Source of the DNA: Marsupella aquatica
Taxonomy: Eukaryota; Plantae; Marchantiophyta
Direction of reading: 5' to 3'
NCBI GenBank assembly: GCA_973895155.1
Contig: OZ316892.1
Coordinates: forward strand, 16,172,357-16,236,356
DNA: 64,000 nucleotides
The notes under the pieces are model-generated. The model was not told the origin of the DNA. It did not search any database and was given only the letters and a program-made list of their open reading frames with translations. The position numbers and the translations under genes are program-made. Shown piece by piece: positions 12,413 through 22,580 of this stretch; within the stretch, counting starts at the first letter, position 1; each line of letters begins with the position of its first letter.

Positions 12413-15400
12413 TCATGCCCGCACCAACCTTAAGGGTATGTTCTCCATGGCAATCTGATAGATGAGAGAGTTAGTCAAAGGCACATGGAACCAAGTTGAA
12501 AGCTTGTCCTGTCCACTAGCATCGTCAGTGAGTGAAGGCACATGTTACAATGAAGTTCTGGAAATTGAACTGTGCGTCACTCCTAACTCCCCAACACTTG
12601 TGCGTGCACTGTAGTGAACTGAATGTCATAATCGGCAGATTACCAGTAATTCACTCTTAGAAGAAAAGGTTGAAAGGACTCAACAACTATAAAACCTCGC
12701 CTAAAACAAGAAAACAGCTAATGTATGTCCCCCATATGTTTTCACCATGAAAGATTCGCTACTTAATTAGAAAACGAATCATGAGGCGATCTAGGTCAAA
12801 CTACCCTAACAAGATGCCAGACATGCACATGCCTATTCATTTGTGCATCCTTCTCATGATACCCTAAACTTCACAGTCCTCCAGAAAAGATTAAAATACA
12901 GAAATAACTCGGGAATCCTTCAAAGCCTCTACCCAACTGCGAGCACTTCCATATATTTCCAAAGTCCCTCCTTGACTAACCCGTTGTTAAAAGCTCTCGT
13001 CCACTATCCAACCTACCCAATTCATGTAACGAAAATATGATACCCATATACGAACTGAAAGTATCTCTCATCCTTCGTTATCATTCACCTAAGTAAACTG
13101 ATAATGTCCCACACCAAGTTGAAGTTGTGCCTCCCACTTAAAATGGAAGACCTTAAAGCGCAAAAGCTCATATTAGATTATAGATTGGATTGCATCACAT
13201 GTACTTGATTGAAAATAAAGAGAGAATCTGTCTGTCAGGTCGGCTTTTCCTACCAGCTGTTTTGACGCAGAGGACTCGTACTGAATGTGCTGCTTTGAAG
13301 ATCCAGAATCAAAAGAGATCATTATGGACAGTTCAAATTCCAGTGAAAATGCCCTGTTGCAATTCACAGAACGTCTTTCTCATAACAAGCCTTGGGAAAG
13401 AAAAGGACGTCAATTCCAACCAATGCTAACCCTGCATCTGGTCCAGACTCATACCCATGACAAACTGTTTGAAAACAAAACTGATATTCCCTTCATGTTT
13501 CTAGAAACACATTTCAAGTTGACCATCTCCCTTCAACCTTTCGAACGAACGAACGAACGAACGAAGACAAGTGAAATAAAGAGGTTCATATATTTACCTT
13601 GTAGAGAGAGATGGGCACGTAGTTAAGCGTGGGAGAATGATGTAGATTGGCATCATCAGCCCTTTGGATACATCTCCATCAGCTATCTGGAAAGCCAGGG
13701 AAAAGTCAAAATAGTGTTTACAGTGGTCATTAGTTCAGAGAAATCCGACTTGAAGTGTCTGGGCCTTTCCAATTCGTTTACCTGTGTAGTTTGAACTTCA
13801 GTACGCTCAGTTGCCATGCCATCTCCTGCAGGAACCGACTCAACTCGTAGCAGTTGGACATCAATGGAAGAAACCGGAAAAGCTGATTTCTCAACAACCA
13901 ACTCTCCTAGGACAGGTCCTGTGAGCAGGCATTGAGTGGCAATCTTCCCCGTTACACGAAACCCACCTGCCCCAGTACAAGCACAATCATTTTAACGTGC
14001 CAAGATTGCTTTCAGGGGTAGCTTGATTTGAACCCACAGCCAGCAAAGCTTGTATCTATCATCCGTTGAGTAGGGCAGTATTAACCTGATCGAATGGTTG
14101 GGGATAACGCATGCTTCTGTGTATCCTGGGTTATGTAAAAATTCACGGCCTCTGGAGAAATGAGGGACCTTTGAAACTTACCTGTAGACAGTAGTACACA
14201 GTTAGAATCGCGGTGCAAAAAGAGACATGTAGGCAATTGATACATTTATGTCCATTGGTAGAGCGAGTTCTTGAAGTAGATCACCTTTATTTGAATTTCT
14301 CTACATTTAGAAAGCAACTATGGAGTACCACGGATCCGTGACAAAGAGACGGTTGGGTATGTGCAATACCTGGACGATACTCGACTATAAATTCAGTGGT
14401 GGCCGAGAAAGACTTTTGAAGATATCCTCTAACAACGTCTGCAGTTAACAAGTACTGCAACTCAAAGCCAGCACGCAAGTGACAACGTTGTGTGATTGAG
14501 ATGAACCCTGATGTCATATGCTGACAGGCTACATCAATGTTAGAAGGTATTCGATCCAGATTGATTGCCATACCTGTATGTTAACATATGCCCCATGGTA
14601 AGTTTCATAAAGTGTATCAAAAGGACCACCGGAAGATAAATCCAGGGCAAGGCGGAATGGAAACTGCACAGAGTGGGACAGTGAAGATTGGGGTTAAACA
14701 CTATGTGTGAGACTTCCACAACAACACTCACAACTTGTCGTTCACCTGCCTACTTCTCTCGAGAATTCAGACTTTTCAACAGCTTTGTGTTCAAGTGACA
14801 TAAGGACGACTATCATTCCAACTACCATTGTCATAATCGAACGCATTTTTCCAAGACTGTCCATACAAACATGCTTGACAGCTGCAGGATTGCACTGCTC
14901 ACCTCGGTTACGCCTGCGATTAACTTTGCTGCTGGGCTGATATCCAATGTTTTGTTCCTGAGTTTGGACCAATATTCAAGTAAGCACACATCTGACAGAA
15001 GGAGGAGAAGGACTGAGAGAAGTGAAGGAACTACATACAAAGGGATGGAAAGCTTGAGGAGAAATAGGAAACATGCTGAGAGAAAACCTAAGAATGTTGG
15101 TGTGAATGCAGCATTCTTGTGGAACTCAAATAAGTACAGTATCTTACATCAACTCCACAAAAGGTAGAAGCGGCATTCTTGCATGAACATGTCTAACAAG
15201 AAACTTACATGAGTTGAATAGGTTTGACGGAGTTGTAGAGAGCTTCAAGTACTCCGACTTTTCTTGGACTCAACTGCACAAACAACTTGGGATCTAGATC
15301 CACAATTTTGATGGGAATCGACTGATCGCTGACCCAGTTCAGCAAACAGAAAGGAAATTTCCTAAGGCCAACTACTCCATGGTCGTATACTGCTTGCTCA

Positions 15401-15863
15401 AACTTTGGAAAGCTCGGACAGTGAAGGGAATTGACATTAAAATCGCCTGCGTGCGGAAGAGCTTCGAGGAAAGTTTGAATGAGCTAGGCGCTAGGGGATC
15501 AAGTACTGTTCGTACCTGGAGCATGATCGTGCCAACAGCAGTCAGACGGATGCCTTGATGAGAAAGGATGCTGGGGGCGGTAATAACGACTGTCCCATCC
15601 ACAATATCCTGTAAGATGCCACCAACGGAGCTGCCTTACTCGTTAGCTCACAATTTGATCAAGGAATCGATCCTCTCTGCAACGTTCCTGTCGACGGTAG
15701 TAAGAGAAAAACGAGGCCACCTCACGGGATGCAGCCAGCAAGACAGCACCCATATCAGCAAAGCGTTAAGTAACCACGAGAACCATATATGCTCTAGAGT
15801 AAAAGATTGTACCGGCGGTCGATAGACTCGATCTAAACGCGAGAGCCGCAGCTCGACAGACAT
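12413..15863 (-). CDS. VPS26C: Vacuolar protein sorting 26C / DSCR3-like (retriever subunit), 11 exons, 316 aa
   Basis: Exons built by hand, all with GT-AG introns: 15813-15863, 15516-15608, 15209-15273, 14903-14957, 14574-14663, 14370-14454, 14086-14181, 13782-13966, 13598-13686, 13254-13353, 12413-12454; total 951 nt, in frame. Hallmark motifs: SHQGIRL, EALYNSVKPIQ, LYETYHGAYVNIQY, QLLRVES, TEVQTTQIADGDV, PRLTTCP, ENIPLRLVR*. Confidence 0.93.
13542..13565. repeat. (CGAA)6 microsatellite in a VPS26C intron
   Basis: Directly visible. Confidence 0.95.
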
Positions 15864-18178
15864 GGTGACGCGAAGCTAGCACGCGTAGCTCCGTCCTGCC
15901 TCCCTCCAATGTCATGAAACAAACGTTCATGCCCTGCACGTCCTGAGCAGCACCCGAGTAACAAAACGAAATTCAGTGACGAGCAAATAACGTCCGCGCC
16001 GGGCGGGTGACTGGGAGCTTTACCATACCCATTTTTCTTGATTTTATACTTAATACCATATCCATTTTTAGAGGATATGGTATATAGTGACTTATGATAC
16101 TCTTGAATACAACACGGTTAGGTACCTTTTTTGTCTTTTGTTTCCACCATTAGATTCTTTTTTGTGTGAAAAAGCATGCAACAGGATTAGTTACGTTTTT
16201 GTTTTGTGTGTCCACCAATTGATTACTTTTTGTGTGAAATGAAAATATTTCTTGTACTTTTTGGTTCACTCTATATTTAATTTCATTTTGGTTTTATCCC
16301 TTCTCTGTATTGATTACTTCTTATCTAGGCACTGTATTTTTGAATGACACCACTGCATAAAAAGGCCTAACCTTGTATTATAGTTCTTGATTGGTGAAAA
16401 ACTTTCCAACCCTTATGGTTTAGAGGTTAACAAGTGTCACCTAAGTAGTGAATCTCTCAATAAGGGCCTAAAAGTAGAATACAAAGCTAGCATTCTTCTT
16501 TGTCAATCACAAAATATTATATCCTTAAGGTACTTGACTTATAAATTATGTACACCCCAAAAAGTAAGGTAATTTCTTCACTTAAAAGGTGTGCAGCATT
16601 TTTATTCCATTTATTTATTTGAATCACTATTTTAATACATTTTACTACTAGATTATAGCTACTGTACTATTTGATAAATCATTTAAATTAATTGGTAATT
16701 TTACATGTGTATAATTGACATTATTGTGAATAAGTTAAAATAGCTATGTCTTAGAAGGAAGAACATGCTATATGAATGTGTTGCCGCGCAAAGGTGCAAC
16801 GATTCTTCCAGACCCCCTGACACATTTAGTTGATGTACCACTATCGTGAGGAGAACCCATGTCGTGCAGTGTGAGGGGAACTCCCATGAGAGCTTGTTGA
16901 TGTGAGATGGTAACACAAGGCCCGTAGGAGAAGAGAACTGGAGCAGGTTAATTAGTGATCCAGCTCCAGACCGGCACCGGCACTGGTGCAGTGTAGGTCA
17001 CCAGGAGGTGCGAATTCACGTTAGAAGGTTCCGGATAAGGATACCTGGTGTCGCTCTGGTTCGTAGAGACTTCTGCAGCTCCACTCGCACGTTACTGTGT
17101 ATTCATGTCGTCACGAGGCCTGATGAGAGATGTCGTGCCCCCGTATGTCCTCGGCATGTTCTGAGCTCATTTGCGCGAGCTGATTGAGGTAGTAATCATG
17201 AGCCCCTGTGCTCGTGTCTGAAGATTTTGCTAGCGCTACAGTATCGCGAGCGATCGATTAGCATCTTCGTACCTTTGTTGCGTTTGTTGCTTGGATTTGA
17301 GAGCCTCTCTTGAGTTTTTTTCCGGGTTGGCGTGAGGGCGTGAGGCGGGTTTCCAAAATGCAGGAGAGGTTTTGAAATTTCCCACCTGGCGATTTGAGCA
17401 ACTCTCTTGAGTTTCATGTGGGGCTGGCAGGGCAGGAATGGCCGTTTATGCTTGTTGAGTGTCCGTGACAGGTCTGGCTCTGTTTTGTTGTATCCAGCAG
17501 GGTAGGAGAGATTACTATTGACAACGAAGATTTAGGCGACGATGATCTTGTTAAGGGATAGCGTGCATCGAGCGAGGGACTCGTAGCTGTTTTTTAAGGT
17601 TGCATAGTGGTAGACTGAAGCTAAGAAATCGATGGGAAAAGTGTTCTCAACTTTCTTGGTTTTGCAGGTTGGCAGTCAATACGTCGTGTTTGATCGACGT
17701 GCCGTCAGGCGAATAGCGTGCAGGGGAGAAATCTACTTTACAGCACATAGCGGATATCACAAAAATCCAGAACGAAGACCAAAGATTTCTCCATTGGTGC
17801 AGATAACACATTGACCCGCTCGCAAACTCTACATGCAGCTGGCCTTCGTAAAGCAGTTTCTCCCCGTTGCCGAAGTTAACACGCCGGTCTCTTTCATATC
17901 GTTTCTGGTCAATTTATGTCACACGGATCGGCCAGTTTCGTGCGTGTCGAGTGACAATAGCAATTACCTTGCAGATAGCAGACATTCTGCTGTCCACGAT
18001 TATCGTACCTACGGTGAAAGGTCCATTAGAAATCTTCCGCCGTTCTTGCAGTTTTGACAGAGAGTAGGTTTACAGCTGTACTTGACATCGAGCAACCTTA
18101 TCGGAGGGATGGAATGTGCACGGAGAGCGTTAATTGCAAAAACAGAGGAACGAAGCTTGAAATTAGCAGGAGTAGGGT

Positions 18179-18994
18179 ATGCTGATGGAAGTGAACAGGA
18201 AAGGAAGTGAAATTCCTGAGATTGAAGGAAAGAGAAACATGGTGGCAAAGGAGGAAACGAAACGTGAAGGTTACAAAACAGACAGTACTCCCAACAAAGT
18301 AGAAGAAGTATCAAACGGTATGCCTCGTGCCCCCTCGGTAGATGACCTCTTCGCTCCGTTATGTGGCCTCAACGTCCGTGCCACCGGAGAGGCTCACCAG
18401 TCTTCGTCCACCTCTGCAGCTCAGCCCTCTTCTGCAAAGCCATCTTCCCAAGTACGCCATACTGGTAGGGAAGGGTCTGATACCGCCATACCTCATGCGA
18501 GTGGAGAGGTTCACCAGTTGTCGTCCACCTCTGCAGCTCAAACCTCTCCTGCAACGCAAGGTTCTCAAGGACGGCACGCTGGTAGAGAAGGGGCTGATGC
18601 CGCTTTGCCTCCTTCACAGTCCACTTCTGATGATGACCAACAAAACGGGCCTGGCATAGACGAACGGAAGCAAAAGCGAATGCTCTCCAACAGGGAGTCA
18701 GCACGAAGATCTCGGTTAAGGAAACAGCAACATTTAGACGAACTGAGGGCACAAGTTGCCCACTTGAGGGCAGAGAACACCGACATGATGGCGAGGTACG
18801 GTATCGCATCGCAGCAATACTCACAGATAACAGGTGAGAATGTCGTGTTACGCGCACATGCAGCAGATCTAAGTCGGAAGCTCCATCAGGTGCACCACGA
18901 GTTGGCAACTCAACATCCCAGCGCACTGCGCCCCCTCGGCATTCAGGCCGTGGACCAATTCTCCGGAGATATGTCTCCCTTTCTGCAACCGTGA
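18179..18994 (+). CDS. bZIP transcription factor, group-S-like, intronless (271 aa; the ATG at ~18320 is an alternative start)
   Basis: DERKQKRMLSNRESARRSRLRKQQHLDELRAQVAHLRAEN basic region with an extended leucine zipper; single exon, as is typical of group S bZIPs. Confidence 0.92.
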   Translation: MLMEVNRKGSEIPEIEGKRNMVAKEETKREGYKTDSTPNKVEEVSNGMPRAPSVDDLFAPLCGLNVRATGEAHQSSSTSAAQPSSAKPSSQVRHTGREGSDTAIPHASGEVHQLSSTSAAQTSPATQGSQGRHAGREGADAALPPSQSTSDDDQQNGPGIDERKQKRMLSNRESARRSRLRKQQHLDELRAQVAHLRAENTDMMARYGIASQQYSQITGENVVLRAHAADLSRKLHQVHHELATQHPSALRPLGIQAVDQFSGDMSPFLQP

Positions 18995-20151
18995 AACACT
19001 TAACCCAACTTCTCTTCGTGAAAGTGCGTTTTTTCTTATTTCTGGAACGCACCGGCAAGCCATGCAGTAAATGCTTGGCAGCGTTGGCAAGTGAAACGAC
19101 GAACTTGAAATGTATGCGTGTTATCAATTATTGAGCTTAGACTAAAGTTCATCGATTTCTGGGTTGAACGACCGTTCACTTTTTTACGCAGCGTACGTAA
19201 TTTACGGTTGTGCAATCTGCCATCATGTGGCCCACTTGCCCTCGAGCTGGGAGGCATAATTATGTGGCAGAAAGCACTCTTGCCCTCGCTTTAACCTGTT
19301 CAACAGTTGCTGATTCATGACAATGACTGTGCTATCCACTTTCCTGCCCATCCGGAGATCACTTGCAAACTGCCCAGAACGATCATGAAACAGGAGACCA
19401 AAGGAGAGACAGCGCTCAGGAAGGGGAAGCGAAGGTTTTCGATAATTTTGAGATATAGTTTGGAGTGAAAATTATGGTAGGAGAAAGTGAGCCAGCACAG
19501 GGTTTTACTTTATTTTGAGACATGTTCGAGTGGAGTTTTGGTAGCTGCAAGTACATACTTGAGTCTCCTGAAAGGGGCATTTTTGAAGTTTAATTTGTCA
19601 CCGGTTTGTTTGCCTTTTGCGTGTGCGAACCACGGAACAGGAGGATAGACTCGGGTCCAGCATTGATTATAAATTCTTAGCCTGATGATTTTCAGGTTGT
19701 GCTGGGATGTACATTTCCTGTTTGTCCAGTTAAAACCTTCAAGCTGCATCAACTTGAAAGTGTACTGACTCGGGGGAAAACACGTGTTCCAGGACCAACC
19801 GCCATGACTTATGTTGAAGTTAGTTCCGTGGAGTGTCCGAACAAGACGGTCACGAAGCTGATGAACTTGTGACAGTGTAGGGTTAGAACTCTTGGAAGTT
19901 AGGAATGCAAAGCGAGGAGGATGACGGTTTTCGTAGTTTCTTTCTTGATTGACCCACTAATGATTGATCGTATTTCCGAGAGCCTAGGCAAGATCGGTTT
20001 CTTAGTTTGACAGTCTTCAGTAGTTTTTGCGGTGAGTTTCGAATTCTGGATGTGCCGGCCAAAACATTGTCTTCCTACCAACCAGGTACACGGTAAAAGC
20101 TGCATGAAAGCGGGCTCAAGATACATTTGACGACAAATTGGTGCATTGCCT

Positions 20152-21123
20152 CCTGACGGGATGCAACCTAACAGATAATCTGCTGCCTGACGGGATGCAA
20201 CCTAACAGATAATCTGCTGATGTCCTCGTCTGGATTTCTGACCTAATCATGCCGGTGCACCACGTTCATAAGAGCATATGAGGATGTTGTATGGCGGATC
20301 ACCTTTTGGTTGTCTTGTCTTATTCATGTTGCATGTCATGTATTTTTATATGCATGACCTAGTCTAGGCTTTTGGTTTGTATTATTTCAAATTTAATAAT
20401 TTCTTCTAACCCCCTTAATTTTTTAAATGTCTTAGTTTCAAAATTTAGTAATTTCTTCTAACCCCCTTAATTTTTATATGCCTTAGTTTCGATCAGGTAC
20501 TTTAGAGTAAATGTTTCTTTTTAAAGACTTACTTTGCTCTGTTCAAGTAGTCCTTATTTCTGAGAAGGAGAAACTCTCCACCAGGAGCAACTAGAACTCA
20601 ACAGTTGGATATACTGTAGCTTATATCCCCACTGATAACTTTATTTATAGTTTATACCTGCATAACTTTACTTATAGTTTGTACCTGCATAAAGACTTTA
20701 CTTATAGTTTATACCTGCATAAAGACTTTCAGCTCAAAATTAACGGTTAAAAAGTTCACTTATTTTTCTTTCAACAAATATTGTACTCACTGTACAATAG
20801 TTAACTGTACAATAGTTAAACAGAAGAGCCCCTCAAAATTAAAGTTTAAAAAGTTCACTTATTTCTCTTTCAACAAATATTGTATCCACTGTACAATAGT
20901 TAATAGTTAAACAGAGGAGTGTACCATAGTTAATGTAATTATCTTTTTCAAAGTGAGAATGTATTCTACCCAATCACTGCAAGACAAATAAGTAAGCATG
21001 TTCCAGGAGGAGCATGCTATAATGACGGGAGCATACGAGGGGAGCATTTTGCGCCCACTTCCACCTAACTTTGGTCAGAGTGGTCGTCACCAACCAGTCT
21101 TACACTCCAACCAGTCTTACATT
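20152..21123. repeat. Cluster of independent short tandem duplications
   Basis: 34 bp x2 (20152-20219, perfect); ~52 bp x2 (~20386-20490); 27-30 bp x3 (~20635-20730); ~99 bp x2 (~20733-20919); 17 bp x2 (~21090-21123). Confidence 0.9.
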
Positions 21124-22524
21124 CGTTCATTGTTCCTGTTCTCTGGATGTGTCCTGAACTCTTGATTCTGCGCCACTTTGTGGGCTTAATCCCTTCTGAA
21201 GAGCTCTAAATCCTGCTCTAAATGCTATGTTAAGGCTGGGACCCATAGATCCCCAGGTAGGGTCCAGGCGAGGGGGCCTTCACTTGTGAGGGGGAGCGGA
21301 GATGGGACTGGAGCCCAAGTGCTGGGTCCCGGTCCAGGCACGCTTTGTCTCCAAGGCTGCGGGTCCAGGCGCGGGGTTAGGTTTTATTTATGAACTAGCC
21401 CGAAGCCCAATGCCTTTGTGTTGCACATAAAGATGTTGAAGTGAGAAAAATATCTGGAGATGATGAAAGATGTTGAATTGAGTAAAAGTTTGAGGAGAGA
21501 GAAAAAAGATGCCAAGGAGAGCAAACATGTAAGGAGTGTGAGAAAAAGATGTCATGATCAGATAAACATGCCAAGGTGAGAAAAAAATGACGAGATGATA
21601 AAAATATGTCAAAGCGAGCAAAATATATTGAGGAGAGAAAATATGTCAAGGAGAGAAAATGTCAAGAGATGCAAGAAAATATAAACTTGCGATGTTGTTA
21701 TTGAGTGATGTTATGTGTGATCCTGATCATACAATTGTTGTGATCATGTTTAATACCTGTGCATTGTACATGATGCTCGCAAAAGCAATAAGGGAGAGAT
21801 AAGTGATTGCAACCAAGGTAAGCACATTGACACATCACTAGGTGGAGGGTGACATCCCCCCTCCCCCTCATGGTCTCCTCTCCCCCTTTCTCTGGGCCGC
21901 CTCTCCCCCCTCCCTTCTCTCCCCAAAAAATAAGAAAAAAAGAAAAGGGTGCCCTTTTCTTTGTATTTTCCGGCTCTTGGTTTCCCTTTGCTTCAAAATC
22001 CCTTGCCCCCCCCTCTCTCCAACCAATAAAAGTCTAGTATGAATTTTCTTTATTCACCTTCCTTTGCTCCAATTTGTTTCATCTCCATTCATCCCCTCCT
22101 CCTAAGTACTTATGGGAGGGTATGGTGCTATTCAGCCCTCCTCCATGGGTGCATCATTAATTTTCCCTCCCTACTTTGAACTTTAGGGCTCCCTAGTCTC
22201 TGTCCCCTCATAATGGTGTCCTAAGTGTCCCCATCTCAATGGCAACACATGACACTCACATACCTCCTATGTATCATGCCCTCATGCAGAATCCTTGTGG
22301 CATGCCAAAAATTCATTGTCTTCTGTGCTTTGGTTTGGGATTGGTTTGGGAGATTAAGTTTGGCTAGTGAAAGCTAGGATAAAACAAAATATAAGTCTAA
22401 TGGTCATAAGATGTTCCCAAAAGTCAGTTTGTAAATGGACAACCATTCTAGTAGATGGGTGAATGAAAGATTCCTTTTGACGCAAACATAATTGCTTCTC
22501 GTGCAAGCTTCTTCTGTTTGCGTA

Positions 22525-22580
22525 TCTCTCCTGCAGGTTCAGAGTCTAAAGTAGTACAGCCTCTGAACCTGCAGGAGAGA
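22525..22580. repeat. Perfect 20-bp inverted repeat with 16-nt loop at the LINE 3' end
   Basis: tctctcctgcaggttcagag (22525-22544) and ctctgaacctgcaggagaga (22561-22580) are exact reverse complements. Confidence 0.97.

Noticed and set aside
17867-17930. RRSLSYRFWSIYVT and SFISFLVNL in two frames, faintly like the sucrose-responsive uORF peptide of S1 bZIPs
   Set aside because: The resemblance is weak and split across frames; the first frame has no AUG start and no stop after YVT.
18369-19127. 252-aa antisense ORF over the bZIP
   Set aside because: Shadow ORF of a GC-rich coding strand, non-AUG start, no recognisable domain.
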